Of a stretch of 12,510 nt of DNA, positions 1 through 9,253 are shown in pieces. The stretch spans positions 1 to 12,510 of the forward strand of contig JAQGDQ010001932.1 in assembly GCA_030141605.1 (NCBI GenBank), given 5' to 3'. The position numbers and the translations under genes are program-made. Numbering within the stretch: position 1 is the stretch's first letter; the number at the start of each line of letters is the position of its first letter. Source of the stretch: Tubiluchus corallicola. Taxonomy: Eukaryota > Animalia > Priapulida. Below the pieces are notes generated by a model. The model saw only the letters and a program-made list of their open reading frames with translations. It did no database searches and was not told the origin of the DNA.

Positions 1-303
1 GTGAGAGAGAGTTAGAGGATGAGGGAAGAGAACAGAAAGTGTTCATTGCAGCTATACGGATAAACTTGAACTGCTCAATAAAGGTTCTCCAGATTTTTCC
101 CTCAGTCAATTCTTGGCTTCCTAACACGATTAGTCCCGGAAATTCTTCCTACTTCCTACTGGTTTCAAACAGTTCCTGATTAGGCTTTGATTTGATTTCA
201 AGAACTGGTAATTCCCGAAAGTATCTTCTTGTGTACAGGATACAGGATAATTGTATTGTAGGTTTTACTCAAATTTCAAACGCGTTTCTTGTTTTGTTTG
301 GGA

Positions 304-535
304 GAGGATGAAAGTAAGAGAGACAAAGAGAATTATATAACACTGCGAGGGTCCTAGGGAGCAGCACAGTTGCTGTGAGATATGTCTCAATTGGATATTA
401 GAGAAAGTAGGGTACATTTAGAGGATGAAAGTAAGAGACTAAGAGAATTATATAACCCTGCCAGGGTCCTAGAGGGCTGCACAGTTGCTGTGAGATGTGT
501 CACAATTGGATATTAGAGAAAGTACGGTACATTTA
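304..535. repeat. Two-copy tandem duplication (117 bp + 115 bp)
   Basis: 304-420 and 421-535 both run GAGGATGAAAGTAAGAGA...GAATTATATAAC...GGGTCCTAG...GCACAGTTGCTGTGAGAT...ATTGGATATTAGAGAAAGTA.GGTACATTTA, with scattered substitutions and a small indel. Confidence 0.95.
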
Positions 536-565
536 CTTTGCGGCACGTAATAGAAGCAATAGCAT

Positions 566-1632
566 GGTAAAAATGTTACAGGAAAAATGACACGGGCAAA
601 AAATGGCGCAGTGAAATGGCACAGGTGAAAATGGCACAGGTAAAAGGGGCGCTAAGATGGCACTGGTAAAAATTACAAAGTAAAATGACGCAGTTAAAAT
701 GGTACAGGAAAAATGACACAGGTGAAAATGGCACAGTAAAGTGGCACAGGGGAAAAATGGCACAGTAAAAACGCACAAGTAAAAATGGCACAGGTAAAAT
801 GACAAAGTAAAATGACACGGGTAAGAATGGCACAGTAAAATGGCACAGCTAAAAATGTCTTAGGTAAAATGGTGCCGGCACAAATACAAAGTAAAATGGC
901 TCAGTAAAAAGGCACAAGTAAAAATGGCACCGGTAAAATGACAAAGTAAAATGACACGGGCAAAAATGTCTCCGATAAAATGGCACAGCTAAAATGTCTT
1001 AGGTAAAATGGTGCCGGTAAAATGACAAAATAAAATGACACAGGTAAGAATGTCTTAGGTAAAATGCCACAGATAAAAGTGGCACTAGAATGGCACCGGT
1101 AAAATGACAAAGTAAATGACACAGATAAAAATGTCACAGTAAAGTGGCACGCGTAAAAATGCACAGTAAAGTGGCACGGGTAAAAATGCACAGTAAAGTG
1201 TCACGGGTAAGAATGGCACAGTAAACTGGCACAGCTAAAAATGTCTTAGGTAAAATGGTGCCGGTAAAAATGACAAAGTAAAATGGCACAGGTAAAAATG
1301 ACAAAGTAAAATGGCACAGGTAAAAATGTCTTAGGTAAAATGGTGCCGGTAAAAAATGACAAAATAAAATGACACAGGTAAAAATGTCATAGGTAAAAGG
1401 GCGCAGGTAAAAATGACAAAGTAAAATGACACAGGTAAAAATGTCTTAGGTAAAATGGCACAGGTAAAAATGGCACCGATAAAAATAACACATGTAAAAA
1501 TGGCAAAGTAAAATGACACAGGAATAAAATGTCTTAGGTAAAATGGCACAGGAAAAAATGGCACCGATAAAAATGGCACAGGGAAAATTTTACAGTAAAA
1601 GTGGCACAGGTAAATATGGCGGAAATGGCACA
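566..1632. repeat. Degenerate minisatellite, 13-15 bp units (core AAAAATGGCACAGGT)
   Basis: Continuous run of AAAATGGCACAGGT and variants (AAAATGACAAAGT, AAAATGTCTTAGGT, AAAATGGTGCCGGT), strongly A-rich on the + strand. It accounts for the F/C/P-rich minus-strand ORFs at 533-1633. Confidence 0.95.
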
Positions 1633-1997
1633 CTTAATAAAATATGAGTTAGGATTATAGAGTTTCTGTTACGGATAGTTATTTTAATTATTTTTATTAT
1701 TTAGCCAACTGGGTTATATTTGCAACGCCGTTTGTTTGTCTGATCACCTACGACTATGATTATGGTTATAATTATGATTTCTGGGGCATAGGTGAACATT
1801 TCCTTTTCTTCCCCTGATTTACGTTGTGCGTATATGACGTCATGTAATGGCGCGGTCGGAACAGTATTGCGGGATATTTAAAATGAAAACAAACAAAAAT
1901 TTCTTTCAATGCGTGTGTGATATACGCATAAATTTGCTATAAAGTAGGATAATTTTTAAGGCGATTTTTCTGAAACCATCTTCAGGAACTCTTTAAT

Positions 1998-2492
1998 TTA
2001 CTGTCCAAAATATACATTTTCTTGCCTATAAAAGTTAGCAATTGTTTCTTATATTTGAATTATGAGCTTAGAAAGTTAATTAACGGCAACCGAACACAGC
2101 TATTGCTTACGTCAGAAACTAATCACAGTTCGTGCAATGGCACGCGCTTGCGCGTCAGCACGTTTGTGTAAGCATTACTGCTTAAACGCGAGATGCCACA
2201 AAAATGGGCTCTACGTCATATGACGTCAGAAGCTAACACAGCAGTTCATGATCATGGTTATCGCGGTACCGCCTTCTATTTGTCGGCCACGCGAACGTTA
2301 CAAAAAGGCGCCGTTGCCAATCTTAGTAGATTCACTGAACCGCGCGTAGCTTTGAAAGTTTAACGAAATTTGAGTATCCGAGGTAATTATTATTTAATCT
2401 AAGCTTTGAATTAAAATAAGCTATTGTAAATTTTAATACATTAGAGCATTCTTTATTCTGAACTCGTGTTTACACAATCATCCGGTTTTCCT
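1998..2492 (+). mobile_element. Right-end fragment of a Kolobok/T2-like non-autonomous DNA transposon
   Basis: Aligns along its length with 10799-11284. Ends ...AATCATCCGGTTTTCCT followed by TTAA (2493-2496). Contains CGTCAGAAACTAA (2110-2122) and the palindrome ACGTCATATGACGT (2213-2226). The left boundary is uncertain and may extend to ~1830. Superfamily is inferred from the TTAA target and AGG/CCT termini. Confidence 0.8.
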
Positions 2493-2610
2493 TTAAGTTT
2501 GGGTCCGGCTTTCCATTAGTCACAGAGGGAAACAAATAGGCTGTTCACTCTTCCTCCTCCTTGTGTGAACACTGAGTGGGCGCCTCCCCGTGAGTGTTTT
2601 CGTTTTATTT

Positions 2611-2690
2611 CACCTGTCTGAACGCGTTTGGGAAGCCAACACCTGCTTACATCAACAGGAAATCAGGTATATATACTATGGCTTCCCACG
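2611..2690. promoter_or_regulatory. Candidate cis-regulatory motif cluster (two CACCTG E-boxes, Su(H)/CSL site, ETS core, TATA-like run)
   Basis: CACCTGT 2611-2617, TGGGAA 2629-2634, CACCTGC 2640-2646, CAGGAAAT 2656-2663, TATATATA 2668-2675 and TTCCCACG 2683-2690 (reverse complement of CGTGGGAA). Motif matches only, with no functional evidence. Confidence 0.3.
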
Positions 2691-3017
2691 GTGTTGACTA
2701 CGTTGTATTGATTCGGTTTCGCCTCGAGTAAAAAACGAAATCTTTATCGACTTTCCCCGGCTTAACTTTGTTAACTGTACTGATTTTTATGTCGACAAAA
2801 CCTGAGGGATGGATGGCATGTAGAGTAGAGAGAATAACGAATTTGTAATGATCAAAATTACAAACTGTAATATACTGTTTTAGAGATTAAGCTCATTACA
2901 CGTGACGTAATTTTGCTGAACGAGAACTGCTCATTAGTGGACAGCTAATTAACAGCCTAGACGGGGGAAAGTCCGCATCTTAGATTTTCGACATACATGT
3001 AATACGTTACTTTATTT

Positions 3018-3285
3018 AAGTGTGACGCGGTTTTTGGTGGGTTGCGCCTGCAGCACAACCTCGGTTGCGTTTCCTTTGTTATCCGGGGTTCCATTTGTAA
3101 TAGAAGTGTAGCACGGTGTAGCACGGTTTTGGGTAGTTTGCGCCTGCAGCACAACCTCGGTTGAATTTCCTTCGTTATCCTGGGTTTCATTCGTAATAGA
3201 AGTGTAGCACGGTTTTGGATGGTTTGCGCCTGCAGCACAACCTCGGTTGTCCTTCCTTTGCTATCCTGGCTTCCTTTCGTAATAG
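3018..3285. repeat. Tandem repeat, 86-bp unit, about 3 copies
   Basis: GCGCCTGCAGCACAACCTCGGTTG starts at 3044, 3140 and 3226. The first interval is 96 bp because of a 10-bp GTGTAGCACG duplication. Explains ORF 2957-3238. Confidence 0.95.
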
Positions 3286-3460
3286 TATTGTTAAAGAAGC
3301 ATATTAGGTAGTGCTCAGAGCAATATATAAATTTGACAGTAACAAGTGAATTTTGTGTAATGTGTTATCTACTTTAAAAAATAGGAAAAGGAAAATGGAA
3401 TTTTTTCAAAAATAACTTACGTGAAAGAATTTTTACCACACAAATACAATTTCGCGTTGG

Positions 3461-3705
3461 CGCCACTAGTTCTTCGCTGTCACTTGCTTTTCGCCATTCG
3501 CTAGTTAGACAGACACTAGCGTCTGCATTTCGGAAACGCATTGCACAAAAGCCAGGTGCTGTACCTTTCAGTTCATATGTGTTAGTTTGTGACGAACTAC
3601 ACACGTTCGACGGCTCTTGCGTGAGCATAGTGGTGCATTTGAAATTTTATAATAAAACTTGCCTAATTTTAGTACAACGCACTGAATACACACGAGCCGC
3701 CACTG
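3461..3705 (-). mobile_element. Internal fragment related to the Kolobok-like family
   Basis: Diverged direct copy of 8803-9033. Shared blocks include CAGTTCA.ATGTGTTAGTTTGTGAC, CACACGTTCGAC.GCTC.TGCGTG and TAAAACTTGCCTA.TTTTAGTACAAC.CACTGAATA. No terminus identified. Confidence 0.75.
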
Positions 3706-3904
3706 CTTGTTGTAAATTTTAACAATTATGACAAAATGTTTTTTCCGTCATTTTTTTGACTTGAAACAATTTTATCTTTGGAAAAATCTAAGAGAATGAC
3801 GTAAAATACATCGTTATCAAAACTTCGGTTCATTTTTTTACGCCAGCCGGTATATTTCATGGCTTTATCGTCTTCCTCATCTTTTTCGTTTTTCTTTGCC
3901 ACAG

Positions 3905-4096
3905 CTTCTCAAGCGATGTCCTCTCGACGACTCCTGTCGCAGAACTTGGACGACACGTCTCCAAACGAGTCTGAAGGACCCAGCTCGGAGCACCACCAGT
4001 CGGTGGTCGAGTGGGAGAGATGTGATTATGAAAGGGTTCACCTTCCTGCCGCGTGGGTGGCGTTTTATGCCTTTTGTGTTGTAGTCATATTTGTGG
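3905..4096 (+). CDS. Coding exon (192 bp, phase 1-1) for the N-terminal region and first hydrophobic helix of a membrane protein; possibly a divergent SLC9A/NHE Na+/H+ exchanger, alternatively a class A GPCR
   Basis: Long polypyrimidine tract 3871-3900 plus CAG acceptor ending at 3904, and a consensus donor GTAAGT at 4097-4102. Open frame xSQAMSSRRLLSQNLDDTSPNESEGPSSEHHQSVVEWERCDYERVHLPAAWVAFYAFCVVVIFVG, visibly more GC-rich than the flanks, with an N-glycosylation sequon NES and a 17-residue hydrophobic end. DYERVHLP resembles NHE1 DYTHVRTP and NHE2 DYPHVQIP (recalled, not searched). The confidence refers to the exon; the product call is weaker. Confidence 0.7.
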
Positions 4097-4208
4097 GTAA
4101 GTGAAATTATTAGATATGTAAACTCTACGGTGTATGGAACTCTATTAAAGATAAAACGATACAATTGTCTTGAAGCTCACGACTCCATCAATTTGTTTAA
4201 TTGGTCCA

Positions 4209-4310
4209 TATTGATTATAGATTATTGATTATTGATTATTAGTTGGTTATTGATTATTGGTTGATCAATTGGGTTGATTATTGATTATTAGAACATATTG
4301 ATTATTAGTT
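4209..4310. repeat. Degenerate (TATTGAT)n 7-bp simple repeat
   Basis: Repeated TATTGATTATTGATTATT blocks with interruptions. Confidence 0.85.
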
Positions 4311-4434
4311 TATTATAGTCATAATTACAGTCATAGTTTGTAGATATCCAGAACAAGAATTAGTGTTAGTGTTACCGCACACGCGTGATTGCAGTTGTAC
4401 AAACTTGCAGGCTGAAATACAAAAACTTTTTGCT

Positions 4435-5241
4435 TTAGTTTATCTAACTATAATACTTAGTTTATCTAACTATAATACTTAGTTTATCTAACTATAATAC
4501 TTAGTTTATCTAACTATAATACTTAGTTTATGTAACCATAATAGTTAGTTTATCTAACTGTAATACTTAATTTATCTAACCATAATACTTAGTTTATCTA
4601 ACCATAATACTTAGTTTATCTAACCATAATACTTAGTTTATCTAACTATAATACTTAGTTTATCTAACTATAATACTTAGTTTATCTGACTGTAATACTT
4701 AGTTTATCTAACTATAATACTTAGTTTATCTAACTATAATACTTATTTTATCTAACCATAATACTTAGTTTATCTAACCATAATACTTAGTTTATCTAAC
4801 TGTAATAGTTAGTTTATCTAACTATAATACTTAGTTTATCTAACTATAATACTTAGTTTATCTAACCATAATACTTATTTTATCTAACCATAATACTTAG
4901 TTTATCTAACTGTAATACTTAGTTTATCTAGCTATAATACTTAGTTTATCTAACCATAATACTTATTTTATCTAACCATAATACTTAGTTTATCTAACTG
5001 TAATACTTAGTTTATCTAACTATAATACTTAGTTTATGTAACCATAATAGTTAGTTTATCTAACTATAATAATTAGTTTATCTAACCATAATACTTAGTT
5101 TATCTAACCATAATACTTAGTTTATCTAACTATGATACTTAGTTTATCTAACTATATTGCATTAGTTTATCTAACCATAATACTTAGTTTATCTAACTAT
5201 AATACTTAGTTTATCTAATTATATTGCACTAGTTTATCTAA
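4435..5241. repeat. Minisatellite, 22-bp unit TTAGTTTATCTAACYATAATAC, about 36.5 copies
   Basis: Units start at 4435, 4457, 4479, 4501 and so on with a strict 22-bp period until two 23-bp variants near the right end (5139, 5206). Confidence 0.98.
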
Positions 5242-5418
5242 TACGTGGTCCTTTGCCCACATTTAGAGTGTTGAAGGTCGTTCATCGACCATTCATCGAT
5301 TTTGTCTGTTGTGGGCCTTTGTCTGGTGGTTCTTTGACCGCCCACCACCATCGAAATCTTTTTTGTCCTATGTTTAGTTGTCTACCTACTATGCAGCATG
5401 CGTCCCCTATCCCCTGTT

Positions 5419-5435
5419 GGGCGATAAAGGGTTAA
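5419..5435. mobile_element. Solo piggyBac-type right terminus plus TTAA
   Basis: GGGCGATAAAGGG-TTAA has the same GGG-N4-AAAGGG-TTAA pattern as the TIR of the 8030-8488 element. No partner end was found. Confidence 0.35.
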
Positions 5436-5554
5436 ATCAATTTTAATTCCCTTTAGGAGATTGTAATTTATAGGGTAAGCGGTGAAAGTGTTAATATGTC
5501 AGGCTTACCTTGCCCTGTTAGGAAATTATCAACTGCTTGCAGAATTATTTGCAA

Positions 5555-6694
5555 CTTTCTAGATGGGGGAAACTAATTACCAACGATGAATATTTTGAAA
5601 TTCTTAGGAATGATGCTTGTGGTGTGTTGTTCGTATTTGTACAGAAAACTGTGCAAACCTGGCCGAGTTCTGTCGCCAAAAAACGCCGAAAGTCACCAAA
5701 TTGTCGCCAAAAAGTTGCCAATTTGTCGCCTTTGGACACATTTCTTTCTAGATGGGGGAAACTAATTACCAAGGATGAGTATTTTGAAATTCTTAGGAAT
5801 GATGCTTGTGGTGTGTTGTTCGTATTTGTACAGAAAACTGTGCAAACCTGGCCGAGTTCTGTCGCCAAAAAACGCCAAAAGTCACCAAATTGTCGCCAAA
5901 AAACGCCAAAAGTTGCCAATTTGTCGCCTTTGGACACATTTCTTTCTAGATAGGGGAAATTAATTACCTAGGATGAGTATTTTGAAATTCTTAGGAATGA
6001 TGCTTGTGGTGTGTTGTTCGTATTTGTACAGAAAACTGTGCAAACCTGGCCGAGTTCTGTCGCCAAAAGTCACCAAATTGTCGCCAAAAAACACCAAAAG
6101 TTGCCAATTTGTCGCCTTTGGACACATTTCTTTCTAGATAGGGGAAATTAATTACCTAGGATGAGTATTTTGAAATTCTTAGGAATGATGCTTGTGGTGT
6201 GTTGTTCGTATTTGTACAGAAAACTGTGCAAACCTGGCCGAGTTCTGTCGCCAAAAGTCACCAAATTGTCGCCAAAAAACACCAAAAGTTGCCAATTTGT
6301 CGCCTTTGGACACATTTCTTTCTAGATAGGGGAAATTAATTACCTAGGATGAGTATTTTGAAATTCTTAGGAATGATGCTTGTGGTGTGTTGTTCGTATT
6401 TGTACAGAAAACTGTGCAAACCTGGCCGAGTTCTGTCGCCAAAAGTCACCAAATTGTCGCCAAAAAACACCAAAAGTTGCCAATTTGTCGCCTTTGGACA
6501 CATTTCTTTCTAGATAGGGGAAATTAATTACCTAGGATGAGTATTTTGAAATTCTTAGGAATGATGCTTGTGGTGTGTTGTTCGTATTTGTACAGAAAAC
6601 TGTGCAAACCTGGCCGAGTTCTGTCGCCAAAAGCCACGAATTTGTCGCCAAAAAACGCCAAAAGTCGTCAATTTGTCGCCTTTGGACACATTTC
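5555..6694. repeat. Tandem array, 188-198 bp unit, 6 copies, with nested TGTCGCCAAAA subrepeats
   Basis: TCTAGA anchors at 5558, 5747, 5945, 6133, 6321 and 6509 (periods 189, 198, 188, 188, 188). Copies 3-5 look identical by eye. Explains ORFs 5537-5963 and 6532-6752. Confidence 0.98.
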
Positions 6695-7534
6695 ATTAAT
6701 TTTTCAAAACTTATTAAAGCACAAGAAAACATTCTCTGTAAATAAAGCTTAAAAATTTCCTCTTGAAATTTTATACTATTAGCTGTCTTATTGCATACAG
6801 AACTTGCGTTTGCAGCAACGCTGTGTGAAACTTGTTAACTTGAACTCTTACGGCGCAACCATTTTGACGGTTTGAAACAAGTTTAGACGACGTTGCATAA
6901 AGTTCGAAAAAATAATCAGAGCATTCGTAGTGCACTCTTCACTAACTAAGCGAAATTTTAAATTATTTTATCTTGCCAGTAGATTAAAAATAAGTTTTTG
7001 ATGAACCTGTGACATTTTTTCCTGTTGGGGTGAACAATTTAAATTATTTTTTTACTCGAGGAATTGAGTAAAGAATTCTCAGAGAATTGAAAATTTTGAT
7101 TTCTAGTTGCACAGTATGGTTAATACCCACTATGGAACGAACTCTGTAATCAAGCAAGCAATTCTACTTTTGAATTCTTTACCATTACAGGTTAAATAAA
7201 TCAAGTCCCTACCAGCATTTAAAACAAAATTAAAATCACTAATATTAACCAGATATGAAATACCATCACACCAGTACGACAACATACACACTAATTCAGA
7301 ATTCATATATCCACGGCCATGGTAATTAAATCACAATTTTTTTATTTTTTGTGCATAGTTTTAGATACGTTTGATTTTATTCGTCGTTACTTTCCATTAC
7401 TGCACAGTAGTTTAGATTGCACTGACGCATTTGCCTTTAGCAGTGTAAGTTTTTATGAACTAACACTGATTGATCATCTCTGTAAAGTTTTCATCAGTGA
7501 TTATCAATGTATTTTAATGGCAAATCAAGATTAT

Positions 7535-7554
7535 TATATATATATATATATATA
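7535..7554. repeat. (TA)10 microsatellite
   Basis: Pure TA dinucleotide run. Confidence 0.9.
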
Positions 7555-8029
7555 AGTCTTCTAACAAGTCAGTCTTATGCTAATTAATATATCTTTGCGT
7601 GAATAGTTTTTTGTGAAATACTGCCATTTCTTCCCATTTACAATATAAATCTGCTTTTTCTCATGCGTTGTTTTATTTAGGGACTGTGTGGTCCTAATTT
7701 TTGCAAATCAATTTGCCATTGAGACTGTGAGCGTATTCCGAGTTGGGGAAATTGATTTCTTGGCAAATGATAATTAGGTAGTACCGTTATGTGGTAAGAA
7801 GTTAGCCTCTAGCGTGTTGGTATCTCTATGGTGGCTGGCTTCATTTCGATTTGTTTAGACTGAGAGTATCTTTTCCATCATGTACACCCGGGGATTCAAA
7901 GCTTGGTCGTTAATTTTTATCTCCCGTGTGAATGCTTTGTTTGAAATTTAGTTAAACAGAGTGATTTAGTTCTACGTTCGAGTTGTGAGTACCGAATGCA
8001 CTTTCGTTAGCGCTGTTTAGCTTGTTTAA

Positions 8030-8488
8030 CCCTTTCAGTCCCAAATTATTTTTGAATAAGAAAACATTTTTTGGCTTGGTACTTTTGTTCAGTATGTCCA
8101 TCTTGTTTACACATAATAATTATTTTTTCCTACCTGTGCCTGCGTGCTAAAAATAGCCTGTATCCCACGGGATACATTGGGATTCAATGGAAGCATAAAA
8201 TGTGCTTCATTTTGCAACTGCTGATAATTTTTTGATGTATTTAAGACATTTAGTATGCACGCTATGCTGATCTATACAAAGCCGTCTCTAAAGTACTGTA
8301 CCTTGCGCAGTTTTTCATGCTATGTAGATTTTCTAGTTTACCATTTTATCACCATTTTTAGTCTATTGTTATTGGCTTAAATCAAAATAACTATTAACAG
8401 ATCAAATAACTGTCAGTTTTAGAATTTTATTCATTTTAAAGGCAGAAAATATTCTTGTATCCCACGTGATACAACGGGTATGAAAAGG
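8030..8488. mobile_element. piggyBac-type MITE (459 bp) with TTAA target-site duplication
   Basis: TTAA at 8026-8029 and 8489-8492. Left TIR CCCTTTCAGTCCC matches the reverse complement of the right end, CCTTTTCATACCC, at 10/13. Palindrome TGTATCCC-AC-GGGATACA at 8159-8176 has a near copy at 8456-8473. No ORF. Confidence 0.8.
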
Positions 8489-8665
8489 TTAAAGAAAGGA
8501 CGGAAATTTGAAGATAAATTTAGTACTTTAAGAAGCGCCGAATGTCCGAAAAAGCTTGAATAAAAAAGAGATACGTATTTATATGTAGAATACTGTACTT
8601 ACTTGTACATATAAATATGGATCTGTGGATCTGCCCTTGTAATCTTGTTCTCCAATGCTAACGTA

Positions 8666-8762
8666 GGAACGTAATTTGCAACGTAATAATTTAAAAAAAA
8701 TCTATACTTTTTATCAGACTTGAAAATGGGGTAGTGTATGAAAAAAATCACCCTGTCTTCCT
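8666..8762 (-). mobile_element. Short left-end fragment of the Kolobok-like family
   Basis: Reverse complement reads TTAA-AGGAAGACAGGGTGATTTTTTTCATACACTACCCCATTTTCAAGTCTGATAAAAAGT, matching 10581ff and 11619ff. TTAA at 8763-8766. Confidence 0.8.
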
Positions 8763-8802
8763 TTAAGCGTCAAAGAATCATTCTTTTGAAGTTTAATAAG
8801 TT

Positions 8803-9249
8803 CGCCCTACTAGTTTTTCGCTGTTACATGCATTTAGCCATTCACTAGTTAGTCGGAAAGGCGTTGTACAAAAAACAAGTGCTGCACCTCACAGTTCAGA
8901 TGTGTTAGTTTGTGACATACTGCACACGTTCGACAGCTCATGCGTGGGCACAGCGGTAAAGTTGAAATTTGATTTCCATCTTAAAACTTGCCTAGTTTTA
9001 GTACAACACACTGAATATCTTACAGTAGCACTGTACTTCGATTTTCGCTTTCACAAACATGTGCAACACATTCGTGGAATATTTTTACTGTTGAAAATTA
9101 TGTTAGTTTGTGACGTCATCAATAGTTGGGCTCGCCCGCCGTGGATTAAGTTTTTAATATATCATTTAATTATCAGAAACGCTTTCGCAACATATACTTC
9201 TCTTTGAAGTTGAAAATGAGGTAGTATATGAAAAATCACCCGCCTTCCT
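8803..9249 (-). mobile_element. Left-end fragment (~450 bp) of the Kolobok-like family
   Basis: 9088-9249 is the reverse complement of 10581-10759 (e.g. ATCAATAGTTGGGCTCGCCCGCCGT versus ACGGCGGGCGAGCCCAACTATTGAT), and 8803-9033 matches 3461-3705. Ends CTTCCT then TTAA (9250-9253). Confidence 0.85.
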
Positions 9250-9253
9250 TTAA

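Noticed and set aside
533-1633. Four minus-strand F/C/P-rich ORFs (85-100 aa)
   Set aside because: They are translations of the T-rich strand of the ~14-bp minisatellite. Unit lengths vary (13-15 bp), so no frame is preserved.
2629-2688. Hairpin as a pre-miRNA
   Set aside because: The outer 10-bp stem and inner ACCTG/CAGGT stem are separated by a strongly asymmetric bulge (2 versus 10 nt), unlike a typical pre-miRNA.
2957-3238. 93-aa minus-strand ORF with an internal peptide repeat
   Set aside because: It comes from the 86-bp tandem repeat, whose period is not a multiple of 3.
3291-3460. TTAA-AGAAGC as the missing terminus of the 3461-3705 fragment
   Set aside because: Beyond TTAAAG it does not match the 17-bp TIR or the right-end sequence.
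3374-3628. 84-aa ORF here, and the 101-aa ORF at 8902-9207, as transposase remnants
   Set aside because: Both lie in non-coding repeat copies, are on opposite strands of homologous DNA, and show no recognisable DDE, THAP or zinc-finger motif.
3859-4164. ORF 3859-4104 as a single-exon gene, and overlapping ORFs 3877-4164 (-) and 3896-4084 (+)
   Set aside because: The S/F-rich start is better explained as a polypyrimidine tract, and the stop lies just inside a consensus donor. The other two are shadow frames of the exon.
5537-6752. ORFs of 62-138 aa on both strands
   Set aside because: They stay open only because the first two array units are 189 and 198 bp. The frame breaks in the 188-bp units.
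7319-7555. 78-aa ORF
   Set aside because: AT-rich low-complexity composition, ends in a (TA)n run, and has no splice or motif support.
7681-7793. Possible next exon after TTGTTTTATTTAG (7668-7680)
   Set aside because: In the phase required by the 4096 donor it hits TAA after four codons. The other frames also stop, and none resembles an NHE or GPCR continuation.
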